A stretch of 38,352 nt of DNA, from positions 27,012 through 65,363 of the forward strand of contig PLGY01000062.1 in NCBI GenBank assembly GCA_003139855.1, written 5' to 3'. The notes beneath the pieces are model-generated. The model was not told the DNA's origin, did not search any database, and saw nothing but the letters and a program-made list of their open reading frames with translations. Both the position numbers and the translations under genes were made by a program. Below, piece after piece: positions 1 through 10,548 of this stretch; the first letter of the stretch is position 1; the number at the start of each line of letters is the position of its first letter. This stretch comes from Methanobacteriota archaeon. GTDB taxonomy: Archaea > Halobacteriota > Bog-38 > Methanoflorentales > Methanoflorentaceae.

Positions 1-1504
1 TGATCCCTTCGGGCAGCTCCTTGATCCGCTTTGCAAATTTCTGTGGCCATGATTCGATATCTAAGCCTTTTTGCGCAAAAAATGCGGCGGCCCACCTTTC
101 CAAGCCGATGCCTGAGCACCCGGACCACAGTTCTCCTTTTTGGGTTTTTACGTTGAAACCGCGCGGATATTTGTCTCCGTTTATACTTACATTTTGAAAC
201 TCAAGCCATTGGCTGTCCGTTCGCTCACCCCGGTACGGCAAGTATGCTTCATAGTCGGTCGTGCCTGCCGAACGGTCACCCGAAGTTTCAATGAGTCCTT
301 CTTGCGCCATAAACCATGGCGTAACACGCGCCATTCTCCATTCGAGATCCAATATATCGTTAAAAATGCGCGCGTAGCGCTTCTCAAGTTTGTGTGCTTC
401 TTCGTTGACTTGTTTAGGGCTGCCGACCCAGACGATTTCAATTCGATGAAACTCATCGACCCGTTCTATACCGTGGATGCCACCGCTTTCGTAGCGATGT
501 GACGTGCCAGATCGATCAAACACCTTAATCGGAAGCGACTCTAGGGAAATCGTTTCGCCCTGCAAAAATGGCCAAAACGACGGACACTGCGCGTAGCACA
601 TGCCCCCGATGGGGTCGCCAATCTTCTGTCTGATAAGCTCCACTGGAATCTCATTCGTAACTTTGTAGTAGTCTATAACATCTTCCCAGTATTCAGGGTC
701 GCGTGTTTTAGGACTGGAAACGTAGTAAATTTCCGGATAGATGCCGCGTGCATGTCCAGAACGTTTCCAGACCTCCCAAGGAACCATTTTTGGAAATATC
801 ATCTCAGCATAGCCGAGTCGCGCCAATATTTCCTTTTCGATGATTTCCTCAAACGTGTTGAAGACTTTTGTCACTTCAGGCCCGAATATCCATTGCCCCC
901 GGCTCACGCCGTGCTTAATCCACTGGCGCTCCTGCAGTTCAAGAGTTGGGTCGCGCCGAAAGTGACTGTCTTTTTGTGGACTTTCCCAGATCAGATCCCA
1001 GTTCTCAGCCTTCGTCCCGTAGAGTCGCTGCTTTATCTTCTCCTCGATGAGATTCACTATGCGGTCCGGGATTTTTTTCTCGATCTCTTGTTCGCCGACC
1101 GCGAGTTGCAACGTTAGCAGTTTATCTTCGTGTGATGCCTGTTTCACAAACGGCAGTTCAATACGCACAGGCGTTTCAACCTCGATCTTTATGGTGAACT
1201 CATTGATCTCATACCCTCTGACTCCGATCCGATATTTCGTTCCCATAGTCGCCCCTAGGGCTTTTTTAAAGCGTAAGAGCGCATCGTGCGCGCGGGTGTA
1301 CCTGCCGCTGACGATTCTAACGCACAGCTCGTTGCCGTGCGCGTGCCATTCGACTATTCTCGCTGCTTCATTGATCGAGTCACGCGGCACGCCTTTGATG
1401 AAAAGGGCGTTGTTAGCATCGTCAACCGCTTTCTGTAGTTCGGGATGCGCTTCTAATGGGAGATCGTCACTGAACTTAAGATGAGCTGTCAAATCAAACT
1501 CCAT
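1..1504 (-). CDS. serS: Seryl-tRNA synthetase, methanogen-type (type 2); last few codons run off the window start
   Basis: Absent from the ORF track because no stop lies in the window. Manual translation from ATG at 1504 gives MEFDLTAHLKFSDDLP...SGRYTRAHDALLRFKK...KYRIGVRG. The C-terminal part GELWSGCSGIGLERWAAAFFAQKGLD contains the class II motif 3 typical of methanogenic SerRS. About 500 aa. Confidence 0.92.
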   Translation of the reverse strand, partial: MEFDLTAHLKFSDDLPLEAHPELQKAVDDANNALFIKGVPRDSINEAARIVEWHAHGNELCVRIVSGRYTRAHDALLRFKKALGATMGTKYRIGVRGYEINEFTIKIEVETPVRIELPFVKQASHEDKLLTLQLAVGEQEIEKKIPDRIVNLIEEKIKQRLYGTKAENWDLIWESPQKDSHFRRDPTLELQERQWIKHGVSRGQWIFGPEVTKVFNTFEEIIEKEILARLGYAEMIFPKMVPWEVWKRSGHARGIYPEIYYVSSPKTRDPEYWEDVIDYYKVTNEIPVELIRQKIGDPIGGMCYAQCPSFWPFLQGETISLESLPIKVFDRSGTSHRYESGGIHGIERVDEFHRIEIVWVGSPKQVNEEAHKLEKRYARIFNDILDLEWRMARVTPWFMAQEGLIETSGDRSAGTTDYEAYLPYRGERTDSQWLEFQNVSINGDKYPRGFNVKTQKGELWSGCSGIGLERWAAAFFAQKGLDIESWPQKFAKRIKELPEGI

Positions 1505-1981
1505 GTTGCGCACCTACCATTCTTTCTGCCAAAGTCGCGTGCGTACCGTTGCTGACTTTTTTCGTCTTGCACTCATTGTTCTCTGGATGTGCTACCTGCA
1601 GCAGTCGGGCACCGCAGCCGCGTCGCGAGTTAGCTCGCTCTGAAGTCCGAGTATGAAGTGCCAGTTCTTAACTGTAATGCTTTATAGTGATCCCGATGCT
1701 AGGTAACAACGCCCCTGTGGCGGTCAAGCCTAATTGCCGAGCGCTCTGCTTACTGTCGTGGTGAGAGTGCAAAGCTTTGAAAACGCAAGATACGACCGCT
1801 GCGGACGGCTTCGTTCGAGCCCCACACTGCAAAGCAATCGGGTGTCCGAGACGGATAGAACAAGCCACCAAAAATGTCGCGGTGGCAATCGCTTAAAAAG
1901 GTTTATATGCTTGCCAAGCTTACAAGCGTTAATTGTTGACAAGCCGAGGTATGAGCATCAAAACGTACGGAGGTCATCAAT

Positions 1982-3016
1982 CTGCGAGACCTATTCTCTA
2001 AGCGGTCGATCGAGTCAGAGCTGCGGAATCCGACCGAGGATTTTAACTTAGAGACGCAAGAAATTGAGTACCGAAAAGAGCTTCTCACCGGCCGCGCGTG
2101 TCGAATTAACGTCAAGCGATCTGAGAGAAAGAAACAAGCACAAACCGGCATGGGATACTCTGAGTTGATTGAGCTCTCTGCGAAGAACTGCTACTTCTGT
2201 CCCGCTAACATTAAGACGGCGACGCCAATGTTCCCGTCGAATCTAGTGCCCGAAGGCAGAATCAAAGTGGGAGAGACGACCGTATTCCCCAATCTATTCC
2301 CTTTTGCGAAGTATCACGCGGTCGCGACGGTCTCACGGGAGCATTTCCTTGGGATTGATGAGTTCACCTTAAAGCAGATACAGGATACAGTCAAAGCAAG
2401 CGTCAAGTACTTCGACTGCGTCAGATCAAAGGACCAGAAAGCCGTGTATCCAATTTTTAGTTGGAATTTCTTGCCGCCTGCTGGTGCGAGCGTGATTCAT
2501 TCTCACGTCCAACTCACTGTAGACGAGCGGCCAACTAACCTCGCTTGGTTGTACCTATCCGCCTGCAAAAGATATTATGCGAAACAAAAAGAGAATTATT
2601 GGATGCATCTGCTTGAAATTGAAAAAGCAGAAGGTGAACGGTTTCTAGGAGAGATTGGAGGCGTTTCCTGGATAACTAGCTATGTGCCCCTCGGCAATGA
2701 TGAAATATGTGGGGTATTCCACGATGTCTCATCGCTGTACGGCCTTGACGACATCAGTATCTCAGACTTGAGCAAGGGACTCAAACGGGTTTTTACAGCT
2801 TATACCTTGTACGGCGTTCACAGCTTCAATCTGAGCACATTTTCGGCGTCAAGTGAAGACGAGAGCTTCAGGCTTATCGTCAGGATTATCGCACGGCCAT
2901 ACCCCCAAAGCTACTACAACAATGACGCAGGCTACATGGAACGGCTTCACGAAGAAGTAATCGTCGAGTCTATGCCAGAAAAAGTGGCGTCTGACTTGAA
3001 AGAGTACTTTGGATAG
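1982..3016 (+). CDS. galT: Galactose-1-phosphate uridylyltransferase-like (GalT/HIT family) protein; probable CTG start
   Basis: Motifs CYFCP, FPNLFPF and NFLPPAGASVIHSHVQ (HxHxQ). The frame is open upstream of ATG 2150 and encodes the GalT-like N-terminus IEYRKELLTGRACRINVKRSER. GGAGGT (1969-1974) lies 7 nt before CTG 1982. Confidence 0.8.
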   Translation: MRDLFSKRSIESELRNPTEDFNLETQEIEYRKELLTGRACRINVKRSERKKQAQTGMGYSELIELSAKNCYFCPANIKTATPMFPSNLVPEGRIKVGETTVFPNLFPFAKYHAVATVSREHFLGIDEFTLKQIQDTVKASVKYFDCVRSKDQKAVYPIFSWNFLPPAGASVIHSHVQLTVDERPTNLAWLYLSACKRYYAKQKENYWMHLLEIEKAEGERFLGEIGGVSWITSYVPLGNDEICGVFHDVSSLYGLDDISISDLSKGLKRVFTAYTLYGVHSFNLSTFSASSEDESFRLIVRIIARPYPQSYYNNDAGYMERLHEEVIVESMPEKVASDLKEYFG

Positions 3017-3017
3017 G

Positions 3018-3734
3018 TTACTCCCTAGTGATGACAATCATGTCGTCTAAGGATTTTAATCCGAGCTTTTCAGACGATTTCACGATGCCTAGGTCCCCTT
3101 CTATGTAGAAAGCTGGGATCTCTTTCATTCCACGCTTGTGAGCGAGAAATGCGCGGTGATGCCCATCGACGATGTGGTAGCAGCGACCCTTTTTTGCTAC
3201 TACAATGGGGTACACCACACCTCGTTCGAACTGCTGTTCTCGCAGCAGCAGCTCTCCGGGATCTAAGAGTTTTTGAGTTGGGATCAGAGATTCAACCCCC
3301 ACTCGCGTATGTCCTATCCTGACACCCGGGTGCAGCGTTTGAAAAAACGTGAAAATACGCTCAACATTCTCAGAAATGATGTTCTCGATGCTCGCGCGCA
3401 GCATGTCCGTGGCTGTGACGATTCCGATGACGCGCTCACCTTCGATGATGGGCAGATGGTGAATGTGGTTGTAAGCCATCACGCCGGCAACGCTGACAAT
3501 ATCATCATCCGGTCTTGCGGACACCGGGTTCGTCGTCATAAGCTCCGCAATTTTCTGACGGTGTTTCGCCAGAACGAGATCCGCGCTTGTGACCATGCCT
3601 ACTAGTTTCCCATCTGAGACGACGGGAAAACCTTGGTGGCCGGTTTTTGCAATGAGAGCCAACGCTTCAGCAACCGTGGCATTTGGGTGTAAAGGGATAA
3701 CTGGAGCGGAAATGTACTCTTTGACGTTGACCAA
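3018..3734 (-). CDS. CBS-pair + ParB/sulfiredoxin-like domain protein
   Basis: Two CBS repeats (GFPVV..GKLVGMVT; HHLPII..RVIGIVT) followed by LIPTQ...YPIVV...HIVDGHHRA (ParB/Srx motif). TTG start after GGAGG. Confidence 0.85.
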   Translation of the reverse strand: MVNVKEYISAPVIPLHPNATVAEALALIAKTGHQGFPVVSDGKLVGMVTSADLVLAKHRQKIAELMTTNPVSARPDDDIVSVAGVMAYNHIHHLPIIEGERVIGIVTATDMLRASIENIISENVERIFTFFQTLHPGVRIGHTRVGVESLIPTQKLLDPGELLLREQQFERGVVYPIVVAKKGRCYHIVDGHHRAFLAHKRGMKEIPAFYIEGDLGIVKSSEKLGLKSLDDMIVITRE

Positions 3735-3808
3735 TTCGATTGGTGCCTCCCAAAACTTGCGAGTTGGATCTGCCAGCCTTTCTTCTGCGCCGTAACCTGA
3801 GAAACGGT

Positions 3809-4984
3809 CTAGATAGTCTGATTGACTCGCACCTTTGTACCGTACGTCACGCGGTCAATTGCGTTCTCGTAAACTAGCGTGTGCTTCCGAGCGACGTTCT
3901 CCCAGACGATATGGTTTGCCACATAGCCTTTTGCGTGTTCGCTGTACGTTTCGAGCATTAAGTCGCTTGTTAGCAGTATTGTGATGGCTTTTCGCAGTTC
4001 GTCAAGATCGTCTACTGGGACTGCTATTCCCGCACCACTCGCCTCAATCTCTGCCTTCAGGCCCTCAAGTGACGAGACGATTGCGGGTTTGTTGAGTGCA
4101 AAAGAGTGTGCGAGATTGCCGCTTTGTGATGCGTGCTTGTAAGGGAGGACGACGAAATCTGATGCCGAAATAATGCTATCATAGGTATCAGGGTCAAAAG
4201 CGCCTAGTATCGTCTTGATGTTGTCTTTTGCGGGGGACTCTTCAATTTTGCGCAGTAATTGTTCTTTGTACTTGATTCCTGTAATCGAACCTGGTCGAGC
4301 GTCGCCGGCGATCAGTAGTATCGCAGCCGTGCCCGCTTCGCGAATGACTTCCGGCCAAATCTCGATTACGTCCTCGAACCGTTTGTTTGGTTCAAACCAT
4401 CCTATACAAAGTGCGACCTTCTTGCCAGCAAGACCGAAGCGTTCTTTTGCAAGAGGATCGGGTACGACTTCTTTGGCGCCGTGCGATATGACGTGCACGT
4501 TGTGCGGGATCCAGTCAAGATTGTAGGGCAGAAATAGCTTTTGAACTTCGGCGTGGACGATTGCAGAGTCTAGCAGTCGCAGACTAACGTCCGTAAATAT
4601 CGCCTCGGGGCGATCAAGAGATGTATAAATGGAGTGATAGGTCATCACGGAGGGGGTCTTCTCCAACTTAAGTCGAAAAAGGAGCGGAAGGATTCGGCCT
4701 CCGTAGTCGCCGTGCGTTAAATAAAGTCCATACTCGTGCTGAATATGGACCACATCCGGCTTGATTTGCTCCAATGTAGCATGAACTTTCTCGTCCCATC
4801 CGGGGTCGTTAGTGTCGATAACGGGATAAACGCCCTCTTCGCGATGTCCGCCATAGTCCTCGTCTGTGTGACAAATTATGTCTACGTGGTGGCCATTCTT
4901 TCGCAAGGCGCCGACGAGTTCCGAGCTGTAGGTAGCGATGCCGCAGTGTCGCGGCGACCAGCTTGTTACCATGACTATGTTCAT
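3809..4984 (-). CDS. Glycosyltransferase family 4 (GT-B)
   Basis: N-terminal TSWSPRHCGIATYS, HIQHEYGLY, and C-terminal DFVVLPY..ASQSG...PAIVS. Confidence 0.88.
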   Translation of the reverse strand: MNIVMVTSWSPRHCGIATYSSELVGALRKNGHHVDIICHTDEDYGGHREEGVYPVIDTNDPGWDEKVHATLEQIKPDVVHIQHEYGLYLTHGDYGGRILPLLFRLKLEKTPSVMTYHSIYTSLDRPEAIFTDVSLRLLDSAIVHAEVQKLFLPYNLDWIPHNVHVISHGAKEVVPDPLAKERFGLAGKKVALCIGWFEPNKRFEDVIEIWPEVIREAGTAAILLIAGDARPGSITGIKYKEQLLRKIEESPAKDNIKTILGAFDPDTYDSIISASDFVVLPYKHASQSGNLAHSFALNKPAIVSSLEGLKAEIEASGAGIAVPVDDLDELRKAITILLTSDLMLETYSEHAKGYVANHIVWENVARKHTLVYENAIDRVTYGTKVRVNQTI

Positions 4985-5161
4985 TTACCGTTTCTCCATG
5001 ACAAATGACGGAGTGCAGACGCCATTTTTACGCTCACAGTGCGTATTTAGGCAGCTCCTTAATAAAATTTCGGTTAGCTACTAAAAGAAGCGGGGCGCAA
5101 AAGCCTGAGGCCGCCAAAAAAAGCCATATACATCATTGCCCATCATTCTAGTGGGATTGTT

Positions 5162-6124
5162 ATGAAAGCACTGATCTTGTGTGACGGTTACGGAAAAAAG
5201 CAAAGCGTCTCCGAGGGTAGCTCAAACGCGCTAATTTCTTTGAAAGAGGGATTTGCGGTAATCGACAAGCTGCTGCTCGAGCTCGCCACTGTTGGACTAC
5301 GCGAAGCAGTTCTTCTGACCAGCGTTTCTTTTTCCTCGTTGCAGGATGCACTCGGAAGCGAGCGCAAAGGCGTCAAACTCAGCTACGAGCAGACCACCAG
5401 GACGTTCAAAAACATTGCATCCGCACTCGGCAAGATGGATGACGATGTCCTCGTTATAGATTGCGGCATTGTTACTGACATCAACTTAAAAAAGATGATT
5501 ATGAAGTTCAGTCACACGACGGCACCTGTACTCATCTATGCTGCTACCGGCGCAGAGTCGCACGGCACCACTAACCGGGTGTCTGGAGCTTTGTTTGACT
5601 GGGAGTCTCGTGCGGTTTATGGCGGGATCTTCTGTGTCCGAAAAGGGTATGATTTCGGTCAATTTGTGCTCGGAGACGAACTAGAAGAGGTGCTCCCCCT
5701 GCTGGAGGATCTCGGGCAGCTTGACGTGTACGAAGAGGCGAACTTCTGGGGTACTTTTTACACTGAAGACGGGAAAAAAAGGATTCTCGCAGAGTTTCAC
5801 AATAAAACGGCAAAGCCGTGGGGATATGAGAAGGTTCAGATAATTACTGAGCTCTACTTGCTCAAAGAGCTATATATTCGCGAAGGTTACCAATCGTCAT
5901 ATCACTACCATAAAAACAAAGACGAGACCATGCTCATCGTGCGGGGCGCCGGCTATATTGAATTTGACGATCGTAGAGAGTACTTCGAAGTGGGAGACAC
6001 GATCCACATAAAACCTTACGAAAAGCATACCATCGTCGCAAGCACGGACACGGTTCTGTATGAAGCTTCCACGCCATTTCTAGAAGACACGACACGCGTG
6101 AAAGACTTTTATCCTGTTAGGTAG
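5162..6124 (+). CDS. Sugar-phosphate nucleotidyltransferase-like domain (degenerate) fused to a C-terminal cupin
   Basis: MKALILCDGYGKK resembles the GxGxRL loop, and VIDCGIVTDINL resembles NGDIxTD. C-terminal KPWGYE...SSYHYHKNKDET...IKPYEKHTI is a cupin (PMI type II-like). Confidence 0.75.
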   Translation: MKALILCDGYGKKQSVSEGSSNALISLKEGFAVIDKLLLELATVGLREAVLLTSVSFSSLQDALGSERKGVKLSYEQTTRTFKNIASALGKMDDDVLVIDCGIVTDINLKKMIMKFSHTTAPVLIYAATGAESHGTTNRVSGALFDWESRAVYGGIFCVRKGYDFGQFVLGDELEEVLPLLEDLGQLDVYEEANFWGTFYTEDGKKRILAEFHNKTAKPWGYEKVQIITELYLLKELYIREGYQSSYHYHKNKDETMLIVRGAGYIEFDDRREYFEVGDTIHIKPYEKHTIVASTDTVLYEASTPFLEDTTRVKDFYPVR

Positions 6125-6686
6125 TGGTCGCTTGTGGCATCCGTTTCATCTCGATTTCTCTTTTTACCTTGTTAAGCGTTCTTCCCAGCGAGTCAACTTT
6201 CGTACGAAGAGGGCTGTGTGGTTGTGTTTCCAAAAGAAGCCGGATCGAGTTGAGTTCGCGATAATAAGGCCCGAGTCTTCTGTTAAAGTGAATAGCCTCA
6301 TCTCGGCTAATATTGTTTCCTGCATCAAGATCTTTTTGAATCGCTTCGACTTTACGGATTACGTTGTTAATCTTTTGATTTATGTGCCCCGCGTCGTTCT
6401 TCATCGGCGCTTCGTTAACGCCGAGGCTAAGCACCAGCTCATTGAGTGAATCGGCGACAATTCTGCCGTGATCGGTGAGTTCCACGTATTTGACCCTGCC
6501 GACTTTCTCTGATCGTAACAAGCCAAGCTTCTCCATGCCCCCAAGCGTTTTGACGGCGTGCGGGTACGTGCAGTTGCATTCCTTGGCCAGAACGGACACG
6601 TAAGTTCGATCGTACGTTCTGATCGTGAGCAGCAGTGACGAGGGCATTTTGTGTAAGAAGACGCCAGCAAGCTCATTCGCGGCCAT
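6117..6686 (-). CDS. Winged-helix (MarR-like) DNA-binding protein with a helical C-terminal domain
   Basis: TYVSVLAKECNCTYPHAVKTLGGMEKLGLLRSEKVGRVKYVELTDHG is an HTH plus wing. Confidence 0.75.
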   Translation of the reverse strand: MAANELAGVFLHKMPSSLLLTIRTYDRTYVSVLAKECNCTYPHAVKTLGGMEKLGLLRSEKVGRVKYVELTDHGRIVADSLNELVLSLGVNEAPMKNDAGHINQKINNVIRKVEAIQKDLDAGNNISRDEAIHFNRRLGPYYRELNSIRLLLETQPHSPLRTKVDSLGRTLNKVKREIEMKRMPQATTT

Positions 6687-6723
6687 TGCTTTTTTTTGGG
6701 AGCTAATGCTATATAAAGCCGTA

Positions 6724-8092
<1,369 letters not shown>

Positions 8093-8257
8093 TCAACATG
8101 TTTATCGCGGGGCTACATGTAAATAGACCTTGGGCGAGCAGCATTCTTAGAGGGTGCACATTTGAGCTCCTCTTACGTCTGAATGATCTGAAAAGACCCG
8201 AACCTGGCCAATTGACGTTCAGATCCGGGCTTAGTGACAAATGCGGCGTTGCTTAGC

Positions 8258-9427
8258 CTAGAAGTCAGTCTTTACCCGGTACTGATCGATATCGCTCTGT
8301 TTCAGTCCTTCGAGAAACACTCGCGCAGCGCCTTCTACATCTCGCGCAGCTGTAATAGCGCGGCCTACGACCAGGATGTTGGCGCCCGACTTTAGCGCCT
8401 CCTCGATATTACCTTGTCGTATCCCCCCCGCCACTGCAACGAGCTTGGTGTACTTCGTTACGTGAGAGATGTTCCCCCACCCGTGTGCTAAGTCCTCGGT
8501 GTCGATTGCCCTGTGGAGTTCTACGATATCTGGCTTATTTTTGAGCGCCGCTAGGACGCTTTCCGGCCTATCAACGTTCAACATGTCAACAATAACGTAG
8601 ATCCCGGTCTTATTTGCCTCTTCGATTGCTTTGTCTATGGTTGACGTGGAGGCTAGTCCAGAGACCACAACGGCGTCAGCCGCCTCGTCTGCAGCCAAAC
8701 GCGCTTCGAGGTTTCCGGTATCGAGAGTTTTGAGGTCGGCTACGATGAAGGCGCTCGGCCGCGCCTTTCGCATCTCTCGAATGACTCCCAATCCATAGCG
8801 TTTGATAAGAGGTGTGCCCGCTTCAAGGATGATATGGTCGCTTTTCGGAAGCTGGTCCAAAACGGTGAGCACAGAACTCAACTCTGTTAAGTCGAATGCG
8901 ACTTGAAGGTACGGCGGATCCCAAAGCCGAGTAACTTTGAATCCCATAACGGGGTGGAGCGATCGGTCTTTTTCATACAGAACCTTGTCCACAGATGGAA
9001 AGTCGCTCAAAGCTCTTCTCAGCGCTAGTTTCGTAGCGCCGTAGTTGTAGCGGTAAATCTTCTCGTAGTCTCTTGCGTCGGGGTGAACGTATACGGATAT
9101 GACTAGTACGCACTGCTCACACACTTCCTTTGCAACGACCCCATCTTCTACGGCGTCTGCGACTGCTTTCGCAACCGCGGCTTGAGCCGGGCCGAAGACC
9201 CGCGCTGCTTGTTCTAAGTCTTGTATCGTCACTTTGGGGACGATGAGCGTTGCAGGCTTTGTGAGCAAATTAGGTCTAATTACAGCCAGAAGGGGGGTAT
9301 GCCCCTGAGAAAGATGTGTCAATCCGCTAGCAAATGCTTGCCCCACTGGGCCATTCTTATCCCCAACCAAGAGGTCAATGTGGGCCAGTTCAGGACCGGT
9401 GCCGATCAAAGCTTCGCCTACGTGCAA
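8258..9427 (-). CDS. fae-hps: Bifunctional formaldehyde-activating enzyme / 3-hexulose-6-phosphate synthase
   Basis: Fae domain VGEALIG..ELAHIDLLVG...FGPAQAAVAKAV...YNYGATKLA. HPS domain LQVAFD, EAGTPLIK, ADLKTLDTG, HRAID. Start re-called to TTG 9427 (389 aa) because the ORF-track extension overlaps the upstream gene. Confidence 0.93.
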   Translation of the reverse strand: MHVGEALIGTGPELAHIDLLVGDKNGPVGQAFASGLTHLSQGHTPLLAVIRPNLLTKPATLIVPKVTIQDLEQAARVFGPAQAAVAKAVADAVEDGVVAKEVCEQCVLVISVYVHPDARDYEKIYRYNYGATKLALRRALSDFPSVDKVLYEKDRSLHPVMGFKVTRLWDPPYLQVAFDLTELSSVLTVLDQLPKSDHIILEAGTPLIKRYGLGVIREMRKARPSAFIVADLKTLDTGNLEARLAADEAADAVVVSGLASTSTIDKAIEEANKTGIYVIVDMLNVDRPESVLAALKNKPDIVELHRAIDTEDLAHGWGNISHVTKYTKLVAVAGGIRQGNIEEALKSGANILVVGRAITAARDVEGAARVFLEGLKQSDIDQYRVKTDF

Positions 9428-9519
9428 TTTGGATTCCTCTGCTTTTTTAACACGATTAGTACTAGGTATTTGGTCTATATAGCTTTCCTTTTGGCGCTGC
9501 ACTCCAAAAGTATGCAGAA

Positions 9520-10548
9520 TTAGTCCCGTTTTGCGGCGAGGTAGATCTGAAGTAACTTTTTGCTTACGACATGGACGTCGTGGTTCTGAACGGTTTTTCG
9601 TGCGTTCTCTCCGAGCCTTGTTGCCCTCGCCTGATTTGTGATAACCTCGTTGATCGCGCTCCTGAATTCTTTGGCTGTCGTGAATTTGACGCAGTTGTGC
9701 CCGTCGATAAAATCGCTGTACGCGGGCAGGTCTCGCAAGATAAGGGGCACACCGCAAGCAGCTGCCTCAAGAGCGGCAATCCCTTGATTCTCTTCGTAGC
9801 TGGGAAAAACGAACACGTCCGCTGCACTCAGGGCCTCGCAAATGCTGTTCACTCGGCCCGTGAACAGCACGTTTTCGGGGGCCGCTTCGAGCACATTTTT
9901 AGCCGCTTTGGGCAAGAATGGCCACGTCAGGATTCTTCCCACCCATACGAACCGGAAACGCGGCAGCTTCTTGGCGGCGTCTACGAAGTCACTGATACCT
10001 TTTCGCACAAAAACCAGACCAATTGAGAGAACCAATGGGCGGTCATTCAAAGCATGCTCCGCTTTAAACTTCGCAGCGCGTTTTTCATCGCACTCGTACA
10101 AGCTCAAATCAATCCCATTGCTGAGAACCGCGATTCTCCGCTTGATGTTGAGCGTGCTTTTTAAGACCTCTTTCGTGTACGCGGAAGGCGCTATGCAAAC
10201 ATCTGCAAGATTGTAGAAGAAGCCCAGGTATCCTTTTAGACAGGCGCTGATGAAATTGGCGCCAAAGTAACTGTTAGCGACGTCTTGTGGCGTCGTATGG
10301 GTGTGTATTATCACTGCTTTGTGACGCGCCTTATGTAAAAGCGCTAACAAAAGAGCGATAGGCCCGAATGTGTGGGCGTGCATGACGTCACATATCCTTA
10401 TTGAGTTTTGGTAGAATCGGACGCCTTCCGATTCGAGTAGTCTCAACATCTTCTGCGTGTTCTTGATGCTGGTGAGGATGCCGCTCTCGCCGTACGTCCC
10501 GTATACAAGGTTCACGCTCAACATTTGCTTTGACGCTGCCGCGCTCAT
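9520..10548 (-). CDS. Glycosyltransferase family 4 (CpoA/LafB-like, possible glycolipid synthase)
   Basis: HAHTFGP, HTHTTPQD, IAPSAYTK, SNGID, RKG and DVFVFPSYEENQGIAALEA (EX7E motif). Confidence 0.85.
   Translation of the reverse strand: MSAAASKQMLSVNLVYGTYGESGILTSIKNTQKMLRLLESEGVRFYQNSIRICDVMHAHTFGPIALLLALLHKARHKAVIIHTHTTPQDVANSYFGANFISACLKGYLGFFYNLADVCIAPSAYTKEVLKSTLNIKRRIAVLSNGIDLSLYECDEKRAAKFKAEHALNDRPLVLSIGLVFVRKGISDFVDAAKKLPRFRFVWVGRILTWPFLPKAAKNVLEAAPENVLFTGRVNSICEALSAADVFVFPSYEENQGIAALEAAACGVPLILRDLPAYSDFIDGHNCVKFTTAKEFRSAINEVITNQARATRLGENARKTVQNHDVHVVSKKLLQIYLAAKRD

Noticed and set aside
140-1484. ORF-track ORFs at 140, 187, 752 and 1047
   Set aside because: Shadow frames of serS.
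1505-1900. Long serS-galT intergenic region with small hairpins; possible Pcc1 gene or leader RNA
   Set aside because: No frame resembles Pcc1, and the stems are short with no recognisable RNA motif.
8185-8225. Inverted repeat GATCTGAA/TTCAGATC downstream of fae-hps
   Set aside because: Only 8 bp with a long loop; could be chance.
9428-9757. N-terminal 110-aa extension of Fae-Hps in the ORF track
   Set aside because: It overlaps the GT4 gene and a TATA-like element; family similarity begins at TTG 9427.
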